DNA from: an uncultured Candidatus Binatia bacterium
Lineage (GTDB): Bacteria; Desulfobacterota; Binatia; UBA9968; JAJDTQ01
Reading direction: 5' to 3'
Assembly (NCBI GenBank): GCA_965242525.1
Contig: OZ251459.1
Coordinates: forward strand, 2,816,001-2,880,000
Length of the DNA: 64,000 bases
Below, piece by piece: positions 21,087 through 30,904 of the stretch. A model generated the notes under the pieces. The model was not told where the DNA came from and did no database searches. It saw nothing but the letters and a program-made list of their open reading frames with translations. The position numbers were made by a program, and so were the translations under genes. The stretch's first letter is position 1, and the number at the start of each line of letters is the position of its first letter.

Positions 21087-21932
21087 ATGGAGATCATCGA
21101 CTCGCAGGTCCACATATGGGCGCCGGAGACCCCTGACAAGCACTGGGACAGGGTGGACGCGGCCAAGCCCCACCGACCGGAGCCCCTGGGACACGAAGAG
21201 TTGCTGCGCGAGATGGACGACGCCGGGGTCCATCGTGCGGTGCTGGTGCCGCCGACCTGGGAGGCGGACCGGAACGACACTTCCCTGGAAGCGGCGCGCC
21301 TGCATCCGGACCGCTTCGCGGTCATGGGCCGGTTGCCCCTGGACGCGCCAGCCAGCCGGGAACGGATGGCCGGGTGGAAGGACCAGCCAGGCATGTTGGG
21401 GATCCGCCTCACCTTCCACCGCGGCCGCTACCGCACATGGCTCGAAGACGGCGCCGCGGACTGGTTCTGGCAAGCCGCGGAACGGTATGACGTGCCGGTC
21501 ATGGCGCTGGCGCCGCACTCGCTTCCCCGGTTGGGCGAAGTGGCCGCGCGCCACCCGGGGCTGCGTCTGGCCATCGACCACATGGGGCTCAACGCCAGCC
21601 TGGTGGGCAAGCCGCTGGCCCCCATCATCGACGGCCTGCTCGAACTGGCGCCGCTGGAGAACGTGGCGGTGAAGGCGTCGGCCCTCCCCTGCTACTCCAC
21701 CGAGAGCTACCCCTACCCGTCGCTGCATCCGCAGATCCGCCGGGTCATCGACGCCTTCGGGCCGCAGCGCGTGTTCTGGGGCACCGACCTGTCCCACCTT
21801 CCCTGCCCCTACCGGCAGGCGCTGACGCTGTTCACCGAGGAACTGCGCGACCTCACCGCGGTCGAGAAGGAGTGGATCCTGGGGCGCGCCATCGCCGAGT
21901 GGCTCCGTTGGCCCCTGCCCGAGTCCGGCTGA
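21087..21932 (+). CDS. Amidohydrolase_2 family protein
   Basis: IIDSQVHIW, IDHMG, FWGTD. Confidence 0.88.
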   Translation: MEIIDSQVHIWAPETPDKHWDRVDAAKPHRPEPLGHEELLREMDDAGVHRAVLVPPTWEADRNDTSLEAARLHPDRFAVMGRLPLDAPASRERMAGWKDQPGMLGIRLTFHRGRYRTWLEDGAADWFWQAAERYDVPVMALAPHSLPRLGEVAARHPGLRLAIDHMGLNASLVGKPLAPIIDGLLELAPLENVAVKASALPCYSTESYPYPSLHPQIRRVIDAFGPQRVFWGTDLSHLPCPYRQALTLFTEELRDLTAVEKEWILGRAIAEWLRWPLPESG

Positions 21933-22002
21933 CGACGGATCCGGGAAGCCGGGGAAAAAGACGCCGCGGCTCCTCCGGGGCCGGCAAGACCAGGAGGGGA
22001 AG

Positions 22003-23025
22003 ATGCTACCCGACACGTCACTCGAACAGCGCATGGAGATGCTGCGCAAGATGCTGATGATCCGGCGCGCGGAAGAGCACGTCATCCGGTTCCACGAAGA
22101 GCACGAAGGGCTCGTCCGGGGCCATTTCCACCTCTACATCGGCCAGGAAGCCACCGGCGTGGCCGCCTGCGCCGCGTTGGCGCCGGAGGACTACGTCTTC
22201 AGCACGCACCGGAACCACGGCCACGTCATCGCCAAGGGTGGCGACCCCGGCAAGGTCCTGGCCGAGGTCATCGGGCGCGCCACCGGCTACTGCCGGGGCC
22301 GGGCGGGGACCTTCCACGTGGCCGCGCCGGACCTGAACGTGGTCCACACCTCGGCCATCGTCGGCGGTTGCGTGGCCCTGGCCGCGGGGGCCGCGCTGGC
22401 GGCCCGAATGAGGGAGACCCACGCGGTCACCGTGGTCTTCTTCGGCGACGGCGCCATGGAGGAAGGGGTCTTCTACGAGACCCTGAACATGGCCAAGCTG
22501 TGGCGGCTGCCGCTGATCTTCCTGATGGAAAACAACTACCGGAGGGCCGGAAGGGTCAACCCGGGCCACGCCGCCGGGGACCTGGCCAACGTGCCGCGGG
22601 CGCTCAACGTGGAGACCGCGGTGGTGGACGGGGCCGACGCCGGCCTCGTGCACGGGACCGTGTCGGATCTGGTGCGGCGCACCCGCGCGGGCGAGGGGCC
22701 GTTCTTCGTCGAGGCGCGCACGCACCCTTGGCCCGGGAACGATGGCGCGCACCCCCATTTCGTGGCCGGCGCCACGGACATCGGCTGGGCCTGGGACCCC
22801 GTACCGGCGCCCGAAGCGGTGCGCTCCTGGTACTCCGAGGGGGACGGGGTCCTGGCCTTCGCGCGGGAGCTGGCGGACAGCGAAGGATGCGACCGGGACG
22901 CGGTCACGCGCCTGGACCAGGAGGTGCGCCGGGAAGCCGACGCGGCCGCGCAGTTCGCGTTGACGAGCCCGCTTCCCGACCCCGAAGCGGCCCTGGACCA
23001 TGCGTACGCGGGAAGGAGTGGTTGA
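22003..23025 (+). CDS. TPP-dependent dehydrogenase E1 alpha subunit
   Basis: HLYIGQEA, THRNHGH, FFGDGA...ENN. Confidence 0.92.
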   Translation: MLPDTSLEQRMEMLRKMLMIRRAEEHVIRFHEEHEGLVRGHFHLYIGQEATGVAACAALAPEDYVFSTHRNHGHVIAKGGDPGKVLAEVIGRATGYCRGRAGTFHVAAPDLNVVHTSAIVGGCVALAAGAALAARMRETHAVTVVFFGDGAMEEGVFYETLNMAKLWRLPLIFLMENNYRRAGRVNPGHAAGDLANVPRALNVETAVVDGADAGLVHGTVSDLVRRTRAGEGPFFVEARTHPWPGNDGAHPHFVAGATDIGWAWDPVPAPEAVRSWYSEGDGVLAFARELADSEGCDRDAVTRLDQEVRREADAAAQFALTSPLPDPEAALDHAYAGRSG

Positions 23026-23028
23026 GCC

Positions 23029-24021
23029 ATGCCGCGAGAGATGACCCTGGGAGAAGCGCTGGTGGACGCGCTGGCCGAGGCCCTGGACGAAGACCGGCGC
23101 GTGATCCTCATTGGCGGCGGCCTGACGAGCTCGGAGCCCGGCCAGGCCCGGTTCGCCGAGGTGCGCAAGCGGCACGCCGAGCGCATACTGTCCCCGCCCA
23201 TCGCCGAGCTGGGCTATTGCGGCATCGCCGCGGGCGCGGCCATGGCCGGGCTGCGGCCCCTGGTGGACATCGGCACCGCCACGTTCTCGTACGAGGCCAT
23301 CCCGCAGATCGTCAACGAAGCGGCCATCGCCTACTCCAACTCGGGCGGCCAGACCAGCGTGCCGGTGACCTATTGCATGCGCTACGGCATCCGGGGCGGC
23401 GGGGGCGTGCAGCACTCGGGCAGCCCGCAGCCGTGGTACTGGAACACCCCGGGCCTCCAGGTGGCCATGCCGTCCACTCCGGCCGACGCCAGGGGACTGC
23501 TGCGCACGGCGCTCCTGAAAAGCAGCGACCCTACCGTCTTCCTGGTCCACGAGCGGCTCATGGACCAGCGCGGGCCGGTCCCGGACGGACCCCACGAGAC
23601 CGCCTTCGGCCAGGCTCTGGTGGCCCGGGAGGGGACGGACGTGACGGTCATCGCCACCGGCGTCCAGGCGCCCCGGGCCCTCGCCGCCGCGGACATGCTG
23701 GCCGGGGAGGGGGTGTCGGTGGAGGTGGTGGACCCGCGCACGCTGGAGCCGCTGGACACCGGCAGCCTCGTGGCCTCGGTCAGGAAGACCGGCCGCCTGG
23801 TGGTCACCGACGAGAGCCACGACAACTGCGGCGTGGCCGCGGGGCTGGCCGCGTTGATGGCGGACCTGGCCTTCGACGGCCTGCGCGCCCCCATCCGGCG
23901 AGTCGCCATCCCGCACGTGCCGGTGCCCTTCGCCGTCTCCCTGGAAGACTACGTGACGCCTTTCGCCGAACGCATCGTGGAGGCCGCCAAGGAAACTCTG
24001 AACAATTGCGCAGGGGGATGA
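23029..24021 (+). CDS. TPP-dependent dehydrogenase E1 beta subunit (C-terminus MITE-derived)
   Basis: PIAELG, QHS, VEVVDPRTLEPLD. Confidence 0.92.
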   Translation: MPREMTLGEALVDALAEALDEDRRVILIGGGLTSSEPGQARFAEVRKRHAERILSPPIAELGYCGIAAGAAMAGLRPLVDIGTATFSYEAIPQIVNEAAIAYSNSGGQTSVPVTYCMRYGIRGGGGVQHSGSPQPWYWNTPGLQVAMPSTPADARGLLRTALLKSSDPTVFLVHERLMDQRGPVPDGPHETAFGQALVAREGTDVTVIATGVQAPRALAAADMLAGEGVSVEVVDPRTLEPLDTGSLVASVRKTGRLVVTDESHDNCGVAAGLAALMADLAFDGLRAPIRRVAIPHVPVPFAVSLEDYVTPFAERIVEAAKETLNNCAGG

Positions 24022-24118
24022 GCGCGCCCTTCGACTTCGCTACGCTACGCTCAGGACGAACGGGGATAAGAAGGTCGGGGTGAGGGATCCATCCCGGAGT
24101 CTCGTGTTCAGATGTTCC
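23991..24118. mobile_element. MITE inserted in the 3' end of E1 beta
   Basis: ccaa-GGAAACTCTGAACAAT...GTGTTCAGATGTTCC-tcaa. Confidence 0.85.
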
Positions 24119-24290
24119 TCAAGTCGCTGCTCCGGTGAGGTCCGCAGGGGAGGTCCGTGGACCGGGAACGCGCAGGCGCCAACGGCAGGCGACGGACCGG
24201 GAGGCGAGTGTTGCGAGCGGGCGGTCGCGCCTGCGAGCCTGCCCGGCCTCGGGTCCGCGGGCGGGGAGAGGGATGCGTTCCGCGCGCGGG

Positions 24291-25043
24291 TCACCCGGAC
24301 CCGCGGTACTCCCTGACGAACTCGCACAGCCGCTCCACCGCCAGCTCGAACAGCTCGGCGCCCTTCTCGGCGCTGGCGAGGTTCGGATCGCCCATGACTC
24401 CCGACGGCGACAGGTCCTCCCGCGGGGTCTGGACGTAGCCGCCGACCTTGCGCACGAACTCGGGCATCTGCGGGCCGAGGTGGGTGACCAGGCTGCCCTG
24501 GGCGGACAGTTCCGGGCGCAGGTGCAGGTTCATGGAGGTCTCCACCGCGCCGGCATGGCCCACCCGGCCGCCGGGCATCTTCTCGTCCGGGAACAGCCGG
24601 CCCATGTCCTCGTTCACCAGGCCGAACCAGTTCAGCGCCGCCACGCGTATCCCCTCCTCGTCCTGGAGGGCGGAGACCGCGGCCCGGGACAGGGCCACCT
24701 GTCCGCCGTGGCCGTTGAACAGCGCGATGCGGGTGAAGCCGTGCCGCGCCACCGACCGGACCACCTCCCGGATCAACGCCGTCCAGGTGGCCGCGGTGAG
24801 GCTGATGCTGCCGGGGAAGTTCTTGTTGCTGGGGGTGAAGCCGAAGGGGACCGTGGGACCCGCCAGGATCTCCGGGTCCCGCCGCGCGGCCTCACGGGCG
24901 ATCTCCTGGGCGATGAAGGCGTCGGTGTCCAGGGGCAGGTGATGGCCGTGCTGCTCGATGACGCCGATGGGGACCACCACCGCGAAGCCCCGCTGGGCGC
25001 ACTCCCTGATGCGCGGCCAACTCAACTCGTTCCATACGGGCAT
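24291..25043 (-). CDS. Creatininase family amidohydrolase
   Basis: EQHGHHLPLDTD, NGHGG, HAGAVETS. Confidence 0.92.
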   Translation of the reverse strand: MPVWNELSWPRIRECAQRGFAVVVPIGVIEQHGHHLPLDTDAFIAQEIAREAARRDPEILAGPTVPFGFTPSNKNFPGSISLTAATWTALIREVVRSVARHGFTRIALFNGHGGQVALSRAAVSALQDEEGIRVAALNWFGLVNEDMGRLFPDEKMPGGRVGHAGAVETSMNLHLRPELSAQGSLVTHLGPQMPEFVRKVGGYVQTPREDLSPSGVMGDPNLASAEKGAELFELAVERLCEFVREYRGSG

Positions 25044-25072
25044 CCGTGCTCCTCTCCGTCCACCGGCCCGCT

Positions 25073-25327
25073 TCAAGGCTCGCGGTCGATCCACTGCCTC
25101 ATCAGCCGTTCGAGCTGCGTCTGGAAGGGGACCCCGTGCTCCCGGGCCTTGTCCTGGAACGCCTGCAACAGGTCCTCCCGCACCTCCACGGGGACGAGAC
25201 GGGTCCCCGCGGGACGGGCCGGCGCCTGGAGCCGGCGGAACTCGTCGAGGAACCGCAGGATCTGCTCCGGCGTCATGCTCTTGCAGCGTTCCAGGTACTC
25301 TTCCGAAAAGAACTGCACGGGTCTCAT
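25073..25327 (-). CDS. Small CopG/RHH-like protein, putative antitoxin
   Basis: C-terminal strand-helix-helix pattern (LVPVEV-EDLLQAFQDKAREHGVPFQT); ATGA overlap with the NTase gene. Confidence 0.65.
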   Translation of the reverse strand: MRPVQFFSEEYLERCKSMTPEQILRFLDEFRRLQAPARPAGTRLVPVEVREDLLQAFQDKAREHGVPFQTQLERLMRQWIDREP

Positions 25328-25788
25328 GGGCCGACGCTCCTCAAAGCCTTGACGTCCTCCAGGTCCTGGGGCCGGGCGCTCTTCTCCTTCATGCGGATCA
25401 GATCGGCCCTGGAAACCACCGGGAATTCGAGCCGTCCGATGACGATGGCATCGACCTTCATGGCCTGGAGGTCCTCGGTGATGATGACGTCCACGATTTC
25501 GACGGGGTTCGCGTGGTTGACGAAGCTCCAGGCGATGAGGTTGCGGTTGCGAACGTACTCCTGTCGGAACCGGAAGACCTCGCGGGCGTTCACCGGCAGA
25601 CGGGACCGCAGCCCCAGGCGGTTGAGCGCCGCTTCCGCGGCTACGAGGTTCTCCTCGGACAGCGCCAGGACCAGGTCCACGTCCGCGGTGGCGCGCACCG
25701 CCCCGTGCAAGGCGACTGCGTAACCCCCGGCGATGGCGAACCGAACTCCTTCCTGCCGCAGCCCGGCGACCACGCGCTCGATGAACAT
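25324..25788 (-). CDS. Nucleotidyltransferase (AbiEii/DUF6036-like)
   Basis: GGYAVALHG...RATADVD, LIRMK...RPQDLED. Confidence 0.82.
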   Translation of the reverse strand: MFIERVVAGLRQEGVRFAIAGGYAVALHGAVRATADVDLVLALSEENLVAAEAALNRLGLRSRLPVNAREVFRFRQEYVRNRNLIAWSFVNHANPVEIVDVIITEDLQAMKVDAIVIGRLEFPVVSRADLIRMKEKSARPQDLEDVKALRSVGP

Positions 25789-25793
25789 GTTAC

Positions 25794-25904
25794 CGAAGGC
25801 CTGATCCATTCCGGCTCGATTTCCATCTCCCTTGGGAGAGAGCGCGTCCTTCGACTTCGCTTCGCTACGCTCAGGACGAACGGGGATGGTCGTTTCGAGT
25901 TTCC
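25794..25904. mobile_element. Degenerate MITE copy
   Basis: Core at 25841-25886; eroded TIRs. Confidence 0.7.
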
Positions 25905-25943
25905 CTGGAACGGGGAGGGTCCTATCGATTTTCCTCGCTCCGG

Positions 25944-26960
25944 TCAGTCCATCACGAACACGCACTTTCCGGTGGCCGCGGCGTCGAAGGTGCGGAAGGC
26001 CTCGACGGCCTGGTCGAGGCGGAAACGGTGGGTGACGAGGTCGTCCACCGGCACCTTCTCTTCCACCATGAAGCGGCAGATCTCGATGAGCTCGGACTTG
26101 CTGAAGGTCCACGAGCCGAAGATGGTGGCCACCTTGAAGATGACGTCGTTCCGGAAGTCGATGGTGGACGGGTCGCCCATGCCCACGTAGCAGCAGCGTC
26201 CGAAGGTGCGCAGGGCCTTGAGGATCTGTCCGCGGGCTTCCGGGTTGCCGGAGGTTTCCAACGCCGCGGAAGCCCCCAGCCCGCCGGTGAGGTCCCTGAC
26301 CGCCTCCACCGGGTCGGCGTCCCGGGCGTTGACCGCGTGGTCGGCGCCGTACCGGCGCGCCAAGTCCAACCGTTCCGGCACCACGTCGATGGCCACCACC
26401 CGCGCCCCCATGGCCTTGGCGCACATGGTGCCGCTGAGGCCCACCGGCCCTTGTCCGAAGATGGACACCACGTCGCCGCCGGCCACGTCCATCTTCCGGA
26501 GGCCGTTCCAGGCCGTGCCGGTGCCGCAGGAGATGGCCGCCCCGGCCTCGAACGACAACTCGTCGGGGAGGTGGCAGAGGAGGCGCGACGGCACCAGGAT
26601 GTAGTCGGCGTTGGCCCCGTGGGCGTCCACGCCGCCGAAGGTCACGTGGCCGCGGGGACACGCCTGCTCGAAGCCCAGGGCGCAGATCTCGCAGATGCCG
26701 CACCCGGCGTAGTGGTGCACCACCACCCGGTCGCCGACGGCCAGCCCGTCCGGCGCGCCGGCGCCCAACTCCGCGATCACGCCGCAGGGTTCGTGGCCGG
26801 TGATGGCGTCGATGGCCGCGGGTCCGCGGTACCGATGCAAGTCCGTGCCGCACATGCCCGAAGCACGGACCTTTACCACCGCTTCCCCCGGCCCCGCATG
26901 GGGGTCCGGAAACTCCCGGATCTCAGCTTGCCTGTTGCCGTTGAACATGACGCCGCGCAT
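25944..26960 (-). CDS. Zn-dependent alcohol dehydrogenase (MDR family)
   Basis: CGTD, GHEPCG, CGICEIC...C, GQGPVG. Confidence 0.93.
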   Translation of the reverse strand: MRGVMFNGNRQAEIREFPDPHAGPGEAVVKVRASGMCGTDLHRYRGPAAIDAITGHEPCGVIAELGAGAPDGLAVGDRVVVHHYAGCGICEICALGFEQACPRGHVTFGGVDAHGANADYILVPSRLLCHLPDELSFEAGAAISCGTGTAWNGLRKMDVAGGDVVSIFGQGPVGLSGTMCAKAMGARVVAIDVVPERLDLARRYGADHAVNARDADPVEAVRDLTGGLGASAALETSGNPEARGQILKALRTFGRCCYVGMGDPSTIDFRNDVIFKVATIFGSWTFSKSELIEICRFMVEEKVPVDDLVTHRFRLDQAVEAFRTFDAAATGKCVFVMD

Positions 26961-27119
26961 GAGCCTTCTCCCGTATGGATTCGTCCCAAGCCCTATCACG
27001 GCCTTCGACCGTCAGGCAAACCCGTTGTCACGGGTTTCCGTCTCCCGAACCGCGTTCCCAAACTTGGGGATTGAGGCAAGCGGGACGCCGTGGTACTTCT
27101 TTGCTTTCTTGACGAGGTT

Positions 27120-27184
27120 CGTCCTTCGACTTCGCTTCGCCATGCTCAGGACGAACGAGGATGGTTGTTCAGCCCGACCTTTCC
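27120..27184. repeat. Partial MITE/REP core
   Basis: gtccttcgacttcgcttcgccatgctcaggacgaacg. Confidence 0.7.
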
Positions 27185-27220
27185 CGGAACTTCACCGGGC
27201 GTTCCATGTGACCCCGTGCG

Positions 27221-28438
27221 ATGGATTGCATTGACCCACTTCCCCCAGGCGGCCGGTTCCGCCGTGCGTTGCGACTCATCGGCTGGAATGCGCTTCTGTT
27301 GATCGCTGGCGTCGCGCTGGTGGGGTTGGCCGGAGAAGCCTGGTTCCGCCTGACCGTGCCGTTCATGAGATCGAGCCGCCCCCTGGAGTTCGTCCCGAAC
27401 GTAGGCTATCTCAGACCGCCGAACACGGAGATACGCCATACCAACCACCTCGACTTCTGGAACATCTCCCGCACCAACAGCCTGGGTTTCCTCGACCGGG
27501 AACCCCCGAGCCCCGAACGCGCCGCAGCAACCTGCCACGTCTCCGTCATCGGCGACTCCTTCGTGGAGGCGACGGAGGTTCCCATCGACCGCAAGCTCCA
27601 CGTTCGCCTCGAAGAACTCGCCGCCGACCGGTTGCCCCGCCTGGACGTCACGACTTCGGCCTTCGGGTTGGAAAATACCGGCCAGATCCAGCAACTGCCG
27701 TTCTACGACGAATATGCCCGGCGCCTCCACCCCAAACTGCTCGTGCTGGTCTTCGTCGACAATGATTTCAGGGACAACACGCCGGCTCTGAAGGCACTGA
27801 GAGGACGTCCCTTGGAGCCCATCGTGAGAAAACGCTCAGACGGGGAGTTCCAAGTGGCATACCCCCCCCCCCCCCCCCAAGACCAGCTTCCAGAGGGTTC
27901 CTTGCCCCGGGCATCGTGGGCCGACCGCGACGGAAGGGATACCATTGCCCATTCAAGGTTTGCCGTCTGGTTGTACCGCAAGATCAAAATGTTCATCCAC
28001 GTTGTGGAGAAGCCGAGGCGGCAGCCCGACCGCCGTGCTACGCTGCGCCGAGCCGCGTTGCGAGAGGACACCCTGCCATATACCCGCTTCGCGCTGGAGC
28101 AGTTCAAGCAGCGCGCCGACCGTGACGGCGTCAAGCTGGTCATCCTGGCGATACACAGACTGAAGCTCCCCGGACTGAAGCTCCTTGGAAAAACCCGGAT
28201 GTTCGAGCGAATGAGCCAAATGGCCGCTACCCTCGATATTCCCGTCATCGACCAAGCCGACTACATCCTCCGCCAGGGCGCTGTACTCTTGGACGCCCAA
28301 TGGACCCACGACATCCACTGGAACCCCGCCGGCCACCAATGGGCCGCAGAGGCACTGCTCGAATACATCGAACAACGCCCGGAAGTCTGCGACGGGTGGC
28401 CACCCTCGGCGCGGCTTCCCGGATCCACCACCCAATAA
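27221..28438 (+). CDS. Membrane-anchored SGNH/GDSL hydrolase, copy 1 (in frame)
   Basis: N-terminal TM, GDSF, DND, DIHWNPAGH; C17 tract at 27862-27878. Confidence 0.85.
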   Translation: MDCIDPLPPGGRFRRALRLIGWNALLLIAGVALVGLAGEAWFRLTVPFMRSSRPLEFVPNVGYLRPPNTEIRHTNHLDFWNISRTNSLGFLDREPPSPERAAATCHVSVIGDSFVEATEVPIDRKLHVRLEELAADRLPRLDVTTSAFGLENTGQIQQLPFYDEYARRLHPKLLVLVFVDNDFRDNTPALKALRGRPLEPIVRKRSDGEFQVAYPPPPPQDQLPEGSLPRASWADRDGRDTIAHSRFAVWLYRKIKMFIHVVEKPRRQPDRRATLRRAALREDTLPYTRFALEQFKQRADRDGVKLVILAIHRLKLPGLKLLGKTRMFERMSQMAATLDIPVIDQADYILRQGAVLLDAQWTHDIHWNPAGHQWAAEALLEYIEQRPEVCDGWPPSARLPGSTTQ

Positions 28439-28661
28439 GGGATAGCCTCGTTGACGCCCGCGGTGGAGATGGCAGAGAGGATGTGGTTGCGGAGGCGGAA
28501 GCGACGGGAGTTGAAGAAGCCGGCGGTGCGGCGCGTCCGCCATGGGTCAGGTGGTGGATTGGGGGAACCTCGCTCCTCGCTACGCCGGGCCGAATCTGAT
28601 AGACACGGACGGACGAGGACCCGCGGTCCTGCGGGCGCACGGTTGCATACAAGGAGGGGAC

Positions 28662-29060
28662 ATGGCCGTTCGACTCATCGTCACGATTACCGCGGCTCCG
28701 GGAAAGGGAGCCGATCTCGGGGCCGCGTATCGGGAGCGTTGCGCGGAAGTCATGGAGGAGCCGGGTTGCGAGCAGTTCGAGGTGTTCCGGAGCGTGGTGG
28801 ACCCGGACAGGCTGGTGCTGGTCGAACGCTGGACCGACCAGGCCGCACTGGACGCCCACGCGGAGGTGAACCGCACCCGGCCGTCGCTGCGGCCGGAGTT
28901 GCGGGCAGGCGCAAACGAGCGGGAAGACTACGAATACAACCATGCCCGAAGCCCGGACCTTCACCACCGCTTCGCCCGGCCCCGCATGGGGTCCGGAAAC
29001 TCCCGAATCTCAGCCTGCCTGTTGCCGTTGAACATGACGCCGCGCGATGGATTACATTGA
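28662..29060 (+). CDS. ABM-family monooxygenase copy 1 with chimeric C-terminus
   Basis: EPGCEQFE, LVERW...LDAH; stop lost at the duplication junction. Confidence 0.75.
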   Translation: MAVRLIVTITAAPGKGADLGAAYRERCAEVMEEPGCEQFEVFRSVVDPDRLVLVERWTDQAALDAHAEVNRTRPSLRPELRAGANEREDYEYNHARSPDLHHRFARPRMGSGNSRISACLLPLNMTPRDGLH

Positions 29061-30245
29061 TTCCCCCCCTCCCGGTAGCCGGTTCCGCCGTGCACTCTGC
29101 CTCATTAGATGGAATGCGCTCATCATCGTCGCGGGGGTCGCGCTGGTGGGGTTGGCCGGAGAAGTCTGGTTCCGCCTGACCGTGCCGCCCATGAAATCGA
29201 GCCGCCCCCTGGAGTTCGTCCCGAACGTGGGCTATCTCAGACCGCCGAACACGGAGATACTCCATACCAACCACCTCGACTACTGGAACGCCTCCCGCAC
29301 CAACAGCCTGGGCTTCCTCGACCGGGAACCCCCGAGCCTCGAACGCGCCGCAGCAACCTGCCACGTCTCCGTCATCGGCGACTCCTTCGTGGAGGCGCCG
29401 GAGGTCCCCATCGACCGCAAGCTCCAGGTTCGCCTCGAAGAACTCGCCGCCAGCCGGTTGCCCCGCCTGGACGTCACGACCTCGGCCTTCGGGTTGAGAA
29501 ATACCGGCCAGATCCAGCAACTGCCGTTCTACGACCAATATGCCCGGCGCCTCCGTCCCAAACTGCTCGTGCTGGTCTTCGTCGACAATGATTTCATGGA
29601 CAACACACCGGCTCTGAAGGCACTGAGAGGACGTCCCTTGGAGCCCATCGTGAGAAAACGCTCAGACGGGGAGTTCCAAGTGGCATACCCCCCCCCCCCC
29701 CCCCCCCCCCCCAAGACCGGCTTCCAGTGGGTTCCTTGCCCCGGACCTCGTGGACCGCCCGCGCCGGAAAGGATGCCATTGCCCATTCAAGGTTTGCCGT
29801 CTGGTTGTACCGCAAGATCAACACCTCCATCCACGTTGTCGAGAAGCCGAGGCAGCAGCCCGGCCGCCGTGCCGCGCTGCGCCAAGCCGCCATGTCCAAA
29901 GGATGGTTCGAGGACGCCCTGCCATATACCCGCTTCGCGCTGGAGCAGTTCAAACAGCGCGCCGACCGCGACGGCGTCAAACTGGTCATCCTGGCGATAC
30001 ACAGACTGAAGCTCCCCGGACTGAAACTCCCCGGAAAACACCGGATGTTCGAGCGATTGAGCCAAATGGCCGCTACCCTCCATATTCCCGTCATCGACCA
30101 GGCCGACTACATCCTCCGCCAGGGCGCCAAACTCACGGACGCCCACTGGCCCCACAACTACCACTGGGGCCCCGCCGGCCACCAATGGGCCGCAGAGGCC
30201 CTGCTCGAATACATCGAGCAACGCCCGGAAGTCTGCGACGGGTGA
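29047..30245 (+). pseudogene. SGNH hydrolase copy 2, frameshifted at a C25 tract
   Basis: N-terminal half in ORF 29047-30009, C-terminal half in ORF 29727-30245; C25 at 29688-29712. Confidence 0.8.
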
Positions 30246-30507
30246 CCGCCCCGGACGCGGCTTCCCGGATACACCACCCAATAAGGGATAGCCTCGTTGG
30301 CGCCTGCAGTGGAGATGGCGGAGAGGATGTGGTTGCGGAGGCGGGAGCAACGGGAATCGAAGAAGCCGGCGGTGCGGCGCGTCCGCCATGGGTCAGGTGG
30401 TGGATTGGGGGAACCTCGCTCCTCGCTACGCCGGGCCGAATCTGATAGACACGGACGGACGAGGACCCGCGGTCCTGCGGGCGCACGGTTGCATACAAGG
30501 AGGGGAC

Positions 30508-30798
30508 ATGGCCGTTCGACTCATCGTCACGATTACCGCGGCTCCGGGAAAGGGAGCCGAGCTCGGGGCCGCGTACCGGGAGCGTTGCGCGGAAGTCATG
30601 GAGGAGCCGGGTTGCGAGCAGTTCGAGGTGTTCCGGAGCGTGGTGGACCCGGACAGGCTGGTGCTGGTCGAACGCTGGACCGACCAGGCCGCACTGGACG
30701 CCCACGCGGAGGTGAACCGCACCCGGCCGTCGCTGCGGCCGGAGTTGCGGGCAGGCGCAAACGAGCGGGAAGACTACGAATACAACCGCACCCGCTGA
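30508..30798 (+). CDS. ABM-family monooxygenase copy 2 (intact)
   Basis: AGGAGG RBS, 96 aa, ABM motifs. Confidence 0.85.
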   Translation: MAVRLIVTITAAPGKGAELGAAYRERCAEVMEEPGCEQFEVFRSVVDPDRLVLVERWTDQAALDAHAEVNRTRPSLRPELRAGANEREDYEYNRTR

Positions 30799-30904
30799 CG
30801 CGCCCGCCCGGTCCGCACCAGGAGCGCGCTTCGCCGGTGGCCGCCGGTCCCGGCGCGCAGGCTGGCAACACGCCCAATCCCCCGGAAAGAAAGGTCACCG
30901 CCCC

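Larger units (their letters stand above)
26853..30786. repeat. Diverged tandem duplication (26853-28940 and 28941-30786)
   Basis: adh 5' fragment, SGNH gene and ABM gene all repeated; junction at catgcccgaagc (28941). Confidence 0.92.

Noticed and set aside
25324-26853. 509-aa ORF suggesting a large NTase fusion
   Set aside because: The N-terminal part is an off-frame reading of adh plus MITE; only 25324-25788 looks like a real protein
28441-28660. Possible gene remnant on the minus strand between SGNH and ABM
   Set aside because: No recognisable motif or start; its recurrence is explained by the duplication
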